A stretch of 64,000 nt of DNA from a virus (Duplodnaviria; Caudoviricetes): the IMG/VR virus record IMGVR_UViG_3300038300_000071, positions 1 through 64,000 of that record, one strand, 5' to 3'. How positions within the stretch are numbered: the stretch's first letter is position 1; each line of letters opens with the position of its first letter. Under the pieces are notes generated by a model. That model worked only from the letters and a program-made list of their open reading frames with translations. It was not told the DNA's origin and did no database searches. A program made the position numbers and the translations under genes. Below, in pieces: positions 47,285-55,678 of this stretch.

Positions 47285-47914
47285 ATGATATATTTTACAT
47301 CAGATCCACATTATTTCCACAAGAATATAATTAAGTATGAAAACAGGCCTTTTGAGTCTGTGGAAGAAATGAATGAGGCGATGATTAGTAATTGGAATTC
47401 GATAGTGAAGCCCGAAGACACAGTTTATCTTTTAGGAGATTTTGCATTTGTCAATAAGAGACATGAATTGGAAAGCATTGTAAAGAAATTAAATGGCCAC
47501 ATTCATTGGATACGTGGAAATCATGATAAGATTAAAAATGTAAAGGGAGTTGCGTGGGAAGGATCTTATCAGGAAGTGAGATATGATGATGGTATTTCCG
47601 AGAAGGGGAAATGGAAGTTTGTTCTAAGTCATTATCCCTTTGCATCTTGGAATGGAATGCATCATGGTTCAATACACTGTCATGGACACTGCCACGGCAA
47701 TCTCCCAGACTTAAGTCAATTGATAAAGAAACATGCAGAGATAGAAATTAAAACTCCAGAGCTCCTGAGGTTTGACGTGGGAGTTGATTGCTTTGACTTC
47801 TTTCCAGTTTCTATTGAAAGAATTATTGAGCTTGCAAAGGAGAGAATTGCCAGAAATGAAGAGTTTTTTGGCAAAAGATTTAGAGCCGATGATCATCACG
47901 GAGAGGATAGTTGA
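47285..47914 (+). CDS. Calcineurin-like metallophosphoesterase
   Basis: TSDPH, LGD, GNHD, SHYP, HGHCH, DVGVD. Confidence 0.9.
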   Translation: MIYFTSDPHYFHKNIIKYENRPFESVEEMNEAMISNWNSIVKPEDTVYLLGDFAFVNKRHELESIVKKLNGHIHWIRGNHDKIKNVKGVAWEGSYQEVRYDDGISEKGKWKFVLSHYPFASWNGMHHGSIHCHGHCHGNLPDLSQLIKKHAEIEIKTPELLRFDVGVDCFDFFPVSIERIIELAKERIARNEEFFGKRFRADDHHGEDS

Positions 47915-47917
47915 GAT

Positions 47918-48664
47918 ATGTTAAAGTCTTTTTCATTTAGTAACTTCAGAATGTTTAAGGATGAAGCAACTATAGATTTCTCTACTGTTGACAAACACAG
48001 AAGTTCAAAGATAATTACCACTGGTGAATTTAACAAAGTGATTGCACTGTATGGAAGACCTTCTTCTGGAAGGTCAACTATATTAAATGTTTTACATGAG
48101 AGGCCGGATGGTATAAACTTCAAGGCCGATTCTGACGGAGAAATTAAGACATTTCATTTGGACGATATATCGGTAGAGCAGGCAACTTTGGCATATATAA
48201 ACGACCCAAAGGCTCTCAAATTTACAGTGGGAATATTGAAGAACTCAGATTTGGGAGTAACCAATGTAGTTATCGACAAGAATGGAAGTGTCAGATTCGA
48301 GCATGGGAAGTTTGAATTGCCAATGAAAAGTGAGTCAAGTGGAACGATAAGGCTTTACTGTATAATGCTTGGTATTTACAGAGCTGCTAAAGTAAAGGGA
48401 GTAGTTTTGTGGGATGAGCATACAATACTGCATCCAATGTTGGTTCGCGCTCTAATAAGTTTATTTTATGATACTGAATCTCAGTTGATAATATCAACAA
48501 ACATATCTTTAGACTGGATGACGGAGTGCTTTTTCGATGACAGTCAGATCTATATGGTGGATAAAGTTTCTGGTGGAAGCGTTGTCAGCAGAGTAGATGC
48601 AATGAGGGAAAGAACTTTGTATAATTCATCTTTGTGTAATAATTTATTTATAAATAAGCCTTAG
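47918..48664 (+). CDS. Degenerate AAA_21/RloA-like ABC ATPase
   Basis: F.NFR.FK.E..IDF, YGRPSSGRST (Walker A Lys replaced by Arg), ESSGT, WDE..LHP, QLIISTN. Confidence 0.65.
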   Translation: MLKSFSFSNFRMFKDEATIDFSTVDKHRSSKIITTGEFNKVIALYGRPSSGRSTILNVLHERPDGINFKADSDGEIKTFHLDDISVEQATLAYINDPKALKFTVGILKNSDLGVTNVVIDKNGSVRFEHGKFELPMKSESSGTIRLYCIMLGIYRAAKVKGVVLWDEHTILHPMLVRALISLFYDTESQLIISTNISLDWMTECFFDDSQIYMVDKVSGGSVVSRVDAMRERTLYNSSLCNNLFINKP

Positions 48665-49254
48665 TAAGATCTTATAAGGGAGTGTTTAATGTACAATAAA
48701 GATATATCAAAAGAAGAGCTGGCAGAGCATATCCTACAGGGATGGATGCCAAAGCATGATTTTCCAAAAAACGTGATGAAGTTTATTGAAGACAATATTG
48801 GCGATATTCCATGGCTTAAGTTGCATGTTGTGGTTGAGAAAGATTTGTTGAAAGTAGGAATTTCATCAGTTGAAAATGCTAAGATTGGGAAAGGACTTTC
48901 TGGTTTCCAAAAGATAGCAGGAGTTACCATTTTAGTCATTACGTCTGGAAGTAGCAAGATTGGAATATACCATGATGCTTTGAGGCTTAGAGCTATAAAG
49001 ATTAATGGAAGTAATGCAGAGGAAGGTAAAAAAGATATAGCAAAGAAGATAAAGCCTGCCTTTGTTGTAGTAGAAGAAAAAATAGTTAAAGCTTCTCCTG
49101 CAAAAAAGAAAAGAACAAAAAAGCAAATTAAAGAAGCAATTGAAGACGCTGTTGAAGACGCGATGGAAGATGCGATTGAAGATATAATCGAGGATGTTCT
49201 CGAAGAGATTGAATCTTCTGAAGAGATTGCTGAAGAAAAAAACGATGATGAATA

Positions 49255-49674
49255 ATGAAGGTCGGATTTGTAGGTTCTAAGTACGGAGGGAATGAATTCC
49301 AGCAGGATCTTCTCAGGGATCTCCTGCTGGCAATGGAGCCTTGCGAGGTTCATCACGGAGATAGAGTTGGTGCAGATGTGCAAATGCACGATATTTGTAG
49401 AGAATTGAATATACCAGTAATTATTCATCCTCCAGCTCATAAGGAATTAAGATCCTTTTGTGAAGGGTATAAGAAATGCCACGAGCCGAAGAGTTATATA
49501 TCAAGAAATAAAGATATAGTTAATGATACAGATATAGTAATAGCAATGCCAGATACATTAAGTGAGTCATTTAAGTCAGACACTTGGTCAACAATAAGAT
49601 ATGCCAAGAAATACTTAAGGCCATTGGTTGTAATAATGCTAGATGGCACTATTGTAGAAAAGAATATATCGTAA
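49255..49674 (+). CDS. SLOG-superfamily (YspA/DprA-like) protein
   Basis: HHGD..GAD, RN..IV...D.VIA.P, TWSTIRYA. Confidence 0.75.
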   Translation: MKVGFVGSKYGGNEFQQDLLRDLLLAMEPCEVHHGDRVGADVQMHDICRELNIPVIIHPPAHKELRSFCEGYKKCHEPKSYISRNKDIVNDTDIVIAMPDTLSESFKSDTWSTIRYAKKYLRPLVVIMLDGTIVEKNIS

Positions 49675-49828
49675 GTTTAGGAAGGCTATGAGGCATCTCT
49701 CCCCCGTCGATGCTTTGTAGTTTTCCTTTTTTTTTGCAAATTTTCCACTTTTAGTATATATAATAAGTAGAATTTTTCTCAATCGGAGATATTGTATATT
49801 AGTGATTGCGTTGAGGTGAGAGCGGATA

Positions 49829-50209
49829 ATGTTAAAAAATGAAGGCGTTTATTGTTCAGTAGGTCTAAGGGAGTCGCGAGGCTGCTTGGTCATTTATGAT
49901 AAGAAGGAACTAGACGGTTCTTTCTCTGGATTTTTGATTAATAGCGACGGAGCTCTAAGGAAGTATGAATGCGGAGTTTATCATCGTGAGAACGATCAGC
50001 CAGCCAGAGTAACGAAGGGCGGAGCTATGATTTGGTATATCGATGGAAAGATGAGAAGAGATTATGGCCTTCCTTGTTTGATAACCGATTCTGGAGAAAG
50101 AGTTTGGTTCTCAGAGAGTTCTGACGGACACATGAATAAAGATCGTACAATTTCACTAGAAGCATTGAATGGTGCTTTGGTTATTGGATTTAAAGAGATT
50201 GTAGAATAA
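49829..50209 (+). CDS. Protein with HRxxxPA-type repeats
   Basis: YHRENDQPA...WYIDG..RR..GLP. Confidence 0.55.
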   Translation: MLKNEGVYCSVGLRESRGCLVIYDKKELDGSFSGFLINSDGALRKYECGVYHRENDQPARVTKGGAMIWYIDGKMRRDYGLPCLITDSGERVWFSESSDGHMNKDRTISLEALNGALVIGFKEIVE

Positions 50210-50232
50210 TATTAAAAAGAAGGAGACTTGTT

Positions 50233-50968
50233 GTGCCTAGATTAAAGCCAATGAAGAAAGAAGAAGTAATGGAGTTGCTTGACACTCTTAATGGAGCCAC
50301 GAAAATTGGCAAAAGTAGCGATGGTTCAAGGATTCACATAAGATATAGAAAGTTTACAAAGGATACTGCTTTGTCAGTTCAAGAGCGTGAAAGAGCTAAG
50401 GATCTGAAGATTAAAGATGATCGATATACTGGACGTTTGGATCGTGTTTATAAAAGTGGCAGTGGAGATACAATAATGACAATGTTAGTTGAGCTTGAAA
50501 GAGATCATAAGTATAGATCTTTCAATCTCGATAAAGGTGAATTAATAACAATAGCAGTTCTCGGAAACTGAAAGGATTAGAAAAATGGCTTTGAAAAAAT
50601 TTACAACAGCAGATAAGAAAAAGATTGAACTTCCACCGAAGGCGATAACTATAAATACGCACGGGAAGATAGTTTTCAACAAAAGTGTTGAAATGTCATA
50701 TGATTTTAAAGAAAATTTAAAGTATGCCGTTATATGGTTCGATGATGTCAAGAATTTGGTTTCAATTTCATTTGCTGGAAGTGGGAAAGACGATGGAGCT
50801 ATGGAAGTTTCTCACTCTGACAGTGTTGGTTATCATATAAATGCGAAATCTTTTTTAACATGGGCAAAAATACCTTTCGAGAGAACTGCAACTTTCCCAA
50901 TGTCAGAAAAGGATAATCGTTTTATTTTTACTTTAAAGAAGAGTAAGCTCAAGAAGCCGCAAAAGTGA
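50233..50968 (+). CDS. Two hypothetical proteins (50233-50571, WYL/Sm-like YRSF motif; 50585-50968)
   Basis: ORF track and SD sites. Confidence 0.5.
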
Positions 50969-51558
50969 TAACGGTTATTACCCCCACGTACAAGAGGCCA
51001 AAAGATATAATAGAGAGGGCTGTAGGCTCTCTCAGGGCTCAAACGTATGTAAAGTGGAATCAGATAATATGTTCTGATGGAAGAGCTGAGGAAGTGCCTA
51101 GAAGGATAGCCGAGTCGGAAGAGAACAAACATCGAGTAAGTTATACAAATTCAAGCAAGAGTTATAATGACTATGGGCCGGGTGTAAGGGCCGAGATGCT
51201 GGAGAGAGTTGACACTGAGTATGTTTGTTTCCTTGATGATGATAATATCCTAATGCCTACTTATCTTGAAAAAATGATAAAGGCGATAGAGGATGATGGG
51301 GTTGATTTGGCAATTTGTCATTGTCTTCATTATGGGCCTCTTCCTCGAAGTTTCGGCAAAGCTCCAAAGATAGTAACTGGAATGCCTCCAAAGCTTTATA
51401 ATATTGATACTATACAGATAGTATGTAAGACTGAAGCGATTAGGGATATTGGCTGGCAAACAGAGAGTGGATATTACGCTGACGGAGTTACTTATGAGAA
51501 GTTGGCAGAGAAGTATAAATATGTAGAAGTTCCAGAAGTGTTGGCACTCCATTTGTAG
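50965..51558 (+). CDS. Glycosyltransferase family 2
   Basis: VITPTYKR, SL.AQTY, SDG, YVCFLDDDN. Confidence 0.88.
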   Translation: MITVITPTYKRPKDIIERAVGSLRAQTYVKWNQIICSDGRAEEVPRRIAESEENKHRVSYTNSSKSYNDYGPGVRAEMLERVDTEYVCFLDDDNILMPTYLEKMIKAIEDDGVDLAICHCLHYGPLPRSFGKAPKIVTGMPPKLYNIDTIQIVCKTEAIRDIGWQTESGYYADGVTYEKLAEKYKYVEVPEVLALHL

Positions 51559-51619
51559 GGATATATTTTAATATTTTTTTAATATTTTTTCCCATTGTAA
51601 ATGGAATTAGGAGCAATAA

Positions 51620-52378
51620 ATGAGTATTATTAGTTTTGAGAAGGATTTCTTCGTAGAGGTCATCAAAGGTAATGTGTCAGGGCACTCAATGGTCAATAAA
51701 TTTGGATATAACCTATCCATAGACACAGGTTCAGTCCCTGAGGATGTTTGGAACGGCGGAGGTTTATATGCTGCGTTTAACGCAACAGCAGCAGAGATTG
51801 TCGAGGTGTTTTCATCTGATGCTGCGGATGATTCAGCGGGTACTGGGGCGCGGACAGTGGATTTGTTCGGGCTAGATGGTAGTTATAATGAAACATCAGA
51901 AACTGTTATTCTTGATGGAGTTACGCCAGTTAACACAGTTAATTCTTATTTAAGGCTAGATAGAGCTATTGTTATTACGGCGGGTACTGGCGGCTCTAAT
52001 GCTGGAGTCATAACAGCTCGGCAGAGTGTGACAACCGCAAATGTCTTCACGGCCATTCCGATTTCCCGCAATCAAACAAATATAGCAGCCTATACCATTC
52101 CAGCGGGAAAAACGGGCTATTTATATTCTCTTGGGGTAACGGTGTCGAAGGCTACAGATACTGAAGCCCAGTTTGATCTTTTTGTTAGACCATTCGGGGA
52201 AGTGTTTCAAGGCAAAGATCCAGGTGTGGCATCAAAGGCTGGTGGACAATACATTCGAAACACTCACCCGTGGCTTGAGATTACTGAAAAGTCTGACATT
52301 GTTGTCAGAGTTAGTTCAGTAGGAGCTAACGGTACTCAGGTTGACGCAAACTTCGCTATACTATTAGTTGACAATTAA
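51620..52378 (+). CDS. Putative virion structural protein
   Basis: DF..EV..G.V.G.S.VNKFG.N, TGART...GLD, AAYTIPAGKTGY motifs common in phage structural ORFs. Confidence 0.55.
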   Translation: MSIISFEKDFFVEVIKGNVSGHSMVNKFGYNLSIDTGSVPEDVWNGGGLYAAFNATAAEIVEVFSSDAADDSAGTGARTVDLFGLDGSYNETSETVILDGVTPVNTVNSYLRLDRAIVITAGTGGSNAGVITARQSVTTANVFTAIPISRNQTNIAAYTIPAGKTGYLYSLGVTVSKATDTEAQFDLFVRPFGEVFQGKDPGVASKAGGQYIRNTHPWLEITEKSDIVVRVSSVGANGTQVDANFAILLVDN

Positions 52379-52441
52379 AGAATGCGAAGTAGTCGTAAGA
52401 ACAAATGATGTGTGAGTATGAATAAATATTTAAAAAGTTAC

Positions 52442-52470
52442 TTGACATGTAGGCAATTAAGAAGTATATT
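52442..52470 (+). promoter_or_regulatory. Sigma70 promoter of tRNA cluster 1
   Basis: TTGACA-17 nt-TATATT. Confidence 0.85.
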
Positions 52471-52513
52471 TGTGTTATAAGATTTAAAAACAATTTAAAA
52501 AGAGAAAGAAAAA

Positions 52514-52591
52514 ATGTTTAACAAGATTACAGCGATTGAACCTAAAGGGCCGGAAGCGATTAAGCTTTCAGGGCTAGGTGCGTTGCTGTAG
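52514..52591 (+). CDS. Putative attenuator leader peptide 1 (MFNKITAIEPKGPEAIKLSGLGALL)
   Basis: 25 codons; codons 7-17 are all A/I/E/P/K/G, matching the downstream tRNAs; contains the antiterminator segment 52564-52575. Confidence 0.8.
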   Translation: MFNKITAIEPKGPEAIKLSGLGALL

Positions 52592-52620
52592 TGATTTAAA
52601 AAACATTAGTAACAATCTTT

Positions 52621-52659
52621 AAAAGCCCTGAAAGCGTAAAAGCTCTCAGGGCTTTTTTT
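52621..52659 (+). terminator. Attenuator terminator upstream of tRNA cluster 1
   Basis: AGCCCTGAAAGC/GCTCTCAGGGCT stem plus T7; the 5' arm is perfectly complementary to 52564-52575. Confidence 0.88.
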
Positions 52660-52673
52660 ATGTAAAAATTTAA

Positions 52674-52747
52674 CTGTGTGTATGTCAGTCTGGTAGACAA
52701 CTCCCCTTGGATGGGAGAAGCCGTTCGTTCAAATCGAACCACACAGA
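52674..52747 (+). tRNA. tRNA-Pro(TGG), with A37
   Basis: CTGTGTG/CACACAG acceptor, CTCCC-CTTGGAT-GGGAG, TTCAAAT T loop. Confidence 0.85.
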
Positions 52748-52758
52748 CTTTTTAAATT

Positions 52759-52832
52759 GGGGAATTAGCTCATTTGGCTAGAGCGCTGCCTTTGCAAGGC
52801 AGAGGTAACGAGTTCGAACCTCGTATTCTCCA
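52759..52832 (+). tRNA. tRNA-Ala(TGC)
   Basis: GGGGAAT/ATTCTCC (G3:U70), CTGCC-TTTGCAA-GGCAG. Confidence 0.93.
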
Positions 52833-52927
52833 CTGGTTGGTTTGAGTTTCAGTTAGTATTTTCTGTTCTCATGTAGACAAAAATGGAAAAATGAAGGAAA
52901 GGCAACCTTTTGAAAAAATGTCTATAT

Positions 52928-53002
52928 GCTACGATATGCAAATTAGTTAAGCAGCTTTTCTGATAAAGAAGTGATTTTCAGGTGCAAGTCCTGATCGTAG
53001 TA
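52928..53002 (+). tRNA. tRNA-Ile(GAT)
   Basis: GCTACGA/TCGTAGT, CTTTT-CTGATAA-AGAAG, atypical T loop TGCAAGT. Confidence 0.78.
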
Positions 53003-53008
53003 CTTTAA

Positions 53009-53079
53009 GTCTCTATGGTGTAATGGTAGCACAAGCGGTTTTCATCCGCTAGGACTCGGATCGTAACCGTGTAGAGGTA
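53009..53079 (+). tRNA. tRNA-Glu(TTC)
   Basis: GTCTCTA/TAGAGGT, AGCGG-TTTTCAT-CCGCT, atypical T loop ATCGTAA. Confidence 0.78.
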
Positions 53080-53161
53080 TTTTAAGAAATAAAAGATGAA
53101 GTATTTAAGAGTTAGATGTAGATTTTAAAAAAAGTGATTGTATAGTAGTTCAAGTAATTAA

Positions 53162-53235
53162 CGGAATGTAGCGCAGTCTGGTAGCGCGTCTCGTTTGGGA
53201 CGAGAAGGTCGCAGGTTCGATCCCTGTCATTCCGA
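53162..53235 (+). tRNA. tRNA-Pro(TGG), second copy
   Basis: CGGAATG/CATTCCG, TCTCG-TTTGGGA-CGAGA. Confidence 0.93.
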
Positions 53236-53297
53236 TTTTTTAAAAAGAAAATAATAGGACGCAAGTGGGTTCTGAAATATGATAGGGATTTGGTAAA

Positions 53298-53963
53298 ATG
53301 GTAAAGAATTTAAATTTTGTAGTTTTAGCTTTAATTTTGGTTGTTTCTTTTGGTTGTGAGACTTTAGTGAAGAGGAGTTCTCTGGGGTCTTATGAAAAAG
53401 TTCTTTCATGGGGAGAAAGCGAAAAATTATATTATAGTAATTATAATTTTGTATATGTTGAGAGAGGAAAGAGTCATACGTTTGATGGAGTGAGTCGTGT
53501 TTATGATGCGGAGTTGATTGGATCAAGACAGGGAGAGAATTTAACTGTTTCCGAAGTTAGAGTCTTCTACAGAGATAAGTCCAAGTCATTTAAAGTAAAC
53601 AGGCCCGTTCTGAGTTTTGGAAATACTAAAGAGAATGGATATGGAGATAAGATTAAGACAGGCGGAATGCATTACATGTCGGCTGGATATCTTGATGATC
53701 TTTTGGCAGATGTTGGCAGATATAGGAAGTTGCTTGCGGGCAGTTATGAGCATTCTTCTGGCGCTAAAATAGTCCTAGATGAGAATGGAGAGGGTGTTTC
53801 TGGGAGTGAGAAGATTTTATTGTCAAATCAGTTTGGAAGGTCTGATCTTGTACTTACGAATGGACAAAGAAATCTTCCAGTTTTATCATTTGATGAAGGC
53901 GGCATGGTTCTTGGAAACGAGAAACATAAAATAGTTTTCAAGAAGATTAATGTTAAAAAATAA
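53298..53963 (+). CDS. Putative lipoprotein within the tRNA cluster
   Basis: Signal peptide with a lipobox-like VSFGC. Confidence 0.55.
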   Translation: MVKNLNFVVLALILVVSFGCETLVKRSSLGSYEKVLSWGESEKLYYSNYNFVYVERGKSHTFDGVSRVYDAELIGSRQGENLTVSEVRVFYRDKSKSFKVNRPVLSFGNTKENGYGDKIKTGGMHYMSAGYLDDLLADVGRYRKLLAGSYEHSSGAKIVLDENGEGVSGSEKILLSNQFGRSDLVLTNGQRNLPVLSFDEGGMVLGNEKHKIVFKKINVKK

Positions 53964-53977
53964 GATTTATGATTGTT

Positions 53978-54097
53978 GATCATGCTGCGGTATGGTCGCA
54001 CTTTGATGACATGGCAATTTCGCTACCGCATCAAAGATCGAATTGGATAGCGGTATCCGATTTGACGGAATTGAGCAACTGCCGAAAAGGGTGCTCA
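53978..54097 (+). ncRNA. Candidate structured ncRNA (pseudoknot plus two hairpins)
   Basis: TGCGGTA/TACCGCA and CTTTGA/TCAAAG in A-B-A'-B' order; AATTGGATA/TATCCGATT; TGAGCA/TGCTCA. Confidence 0.45.
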
Positions 54098-54100
54098 CAA

Positions 54101-54216
54101 CAGTGTATGGCTGATATTGGTTAGGCTCGTCGATATTTATGATTACTAAATACACATTTAATGTGGCGGTGATTTCTATGATCTTCGATATTTGGGTTCG
54201 ATTCCCGAAACACTGA
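54101..54216 (+). ncRNA. tRNA-like RNA with an extended anticodon arm
   Basis: CAGTGT/ACACTG acceptor, D-arm with TGGTTA, TTGGG-TTCGATT-CCCGA T arm; about 60-nt hairpin replaces the anticodon arm. Confidence 0.6.
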
Positions 54217-54242
54217 TAGTTTTGAAAAGAAGAGTAGTATAT

Positions 54243-54314
54243 GCGAAAGTAGCTCAATGGTAGAGCACCATCCTTCCAAGTTGGTTGTTGCGGGTTCGAG
54301 TCCCGTCTTTCGCT
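54243..54314 (+). tRNA. tRNA-Gly(TCC)
   Basis: GCGAAAG/CTTTCGC, loop CTTCCAA, U73. Confidence 0.92.
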
Positions 54315-54342
54315 TTTAGAATTATAAATTGGAGAATCCATA

Positions 54343-55064
54343 ATGGGAATATTTTATTCATATTGCACAAGATGCAATAAACAACTTAGGTATTTTATTG
54401 AGTATGGTCATGATGGAATCGAGTGTGATGTATGTTCTCATTTCAATATCGATAGTGATGTAAAGGGAACACTTTTTAAATATAACAATGGCAGGCCGGA
54501 TGGCGCATTGAATATATGGGGAGAAGAAATAATGGAAAGTAAAATGAAACGAAAGATAAAACATAGCATTTAAAGCCTTCTAAGTTGGGGAGGCAAAAAT
54601 TAATGCCTCCGTAGCTCAGTTGGTTAGAGCATCTGACTTTTAATCAGAATGTCATGGGTTCGAATCCCATCGGGGGCACTTTCAAAAGGGAGACGTTCGT
54701 GAACAACATAGATTATTTAAGAGAAGATTTAGCTCGGATTCTAGATAAGAGCAGTAGTCTGAGTTGTGAGTTTCTAAGTGCAGTTCTTGAGTTGAATATT
54801 ATGCGAAGAGAATTTAAAGTTTCGATGGGATCTAATTTTGATGGATTCTTGACAATAGGGTATAAAGAAGTATATAAATAAAAACAAAGAGGAAATAACA
54901 TGGTTTACAGTTTTAATTTTAGTGCGGAAGATGAAGTAGACGTAATTCAAGTTTTGGAAACTAAAAATGGATACGTTTACTTTCAAGATGGTGATAGAAA
55001 GGGAAGAATAGAAGAAAAGTTCTTTGCGATGAACTTTACCCATGTTGAAGCTCCACTGGTATAA
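54343..55064 (+). CDS. Small ORFs between tRNAs (54343-54573; 54699-54881 with GTG start; about 54900-55064)
   Basis: SD sites; the first two carry the DG.L.I motif. Confidence 0.55.
54605..54678 (+). tRNA. tRNA-Lys(TTT)
   Basis: GCCTCCG/CGGGGGC, TCTGA-CTTTTAA-TCAGA. Confidence 0.93.
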
Positions 55065-55082
55065 TAAAAAGAAACAATATAT

Positions 55083-55118
55083 AAAAAGGACTTACTTTAA
55101 ATAGTAAGTCCTTTTTTT
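55083..55118 (+). terminator. Intrinsic terminator, probable end of tRNA operon 1
   Basis: AAGGACTTACT/AGTAAGTCCTT stem plus T run. Confidence 0.75.
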
Positions 55119-55141
55119 GTATAGTAATTATAAAATATACT

Positions 55142-55678
55142 ATGGTGGAAGAAATGTCGGTTCGTAAAGTAATATGGTTAACGGGAATGTCTGGTGCGGG
55201 AAAATCAACTATATCTTCAATGCTTGAAGAGAAGCTTTTGGTTAAAGGGTATAGTGTGAAAATACTAGATGGAGATGAAGTCAGGGAAAATCTAACTTCT
55301 GATCTTGGCTTTAGCAAGAAGGACAGAGATGAAAATGTAAAAAGAATTTCTTATGTGGCTAAATGTATATGCGATGTTGACGGGGTGGCCATAGTTGCTG
55401 CTATTTCTCCATACAAGGATGCAAGGCAGAAGGCTATATCTTTAATTGGTGAAGATAACTTTTTAGGAGTTTTTGTCAAGTGTGATATTGATACGCTGAT
55501 AAGCAGAGATGTTAAGGGTTTGTATGAAAAGGCTATTCGTGGTGACATTCCAAATTTCACAGGAATAAGCGATCCTTATGAAGATCCTTTAGGTTTTGAA
55601 GTTGTTTGTAATACAGCGGTAGAGACTATTGAAGAATCGGCAAACAAGATAATCAAGAAGTTGGAAGGTAAATCCTAA
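55142..55678 (+). CDS. cysC: Adenylyl-sulfate kinase
   Basis: WLTGMSGAGKST, LDGDEVR, LGFSKKDRDEN, ISPY, RDVKGLY, FTGISDPYE. Confidence 0.96.
   Translation: MVEEMSVRKVIWLTGMSGAGKSTISSMLEEKLLVKGYSVKILDGDEVRENLTSDLGFSKKDRDENVKRISYVAKCICDVDGVAIVAAISPYKDARQKAISLIGEDNFLGVFVKCDIDTLISRDVKGLYEKAIRGDIPNFTGISDPYEDPLGFEVVCNTAVETIEESANKIIKKLEGKS

Noticed and set aside
1582-51552. Numerous short minus-strand ORFs in the track
   Set aside because: They shadow well-supported plus-strand genes and have the S/F/L-rich composition of antisense frames. 28136-28345 is a possible exception but unsupported.
52835-52907. Long imperfect hairpin between tRNA-Ala and tRNA-Ile
   Set aside because: Pairing is mostly A-U/G-U in AT-rich sequence, with no tRNA or known-RNA hallmarks.
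54101-54216. tmRNA
   Set aside because: Too short, no G3:U70 alanine identity and no tag reading frame.
53967-54341. 124-aa minus-strand ORF
   Set aside because: Antisense to tRNA-Gly and the structured RNAs (SERRDSNPQ is a typical reverse-tRNA translation).
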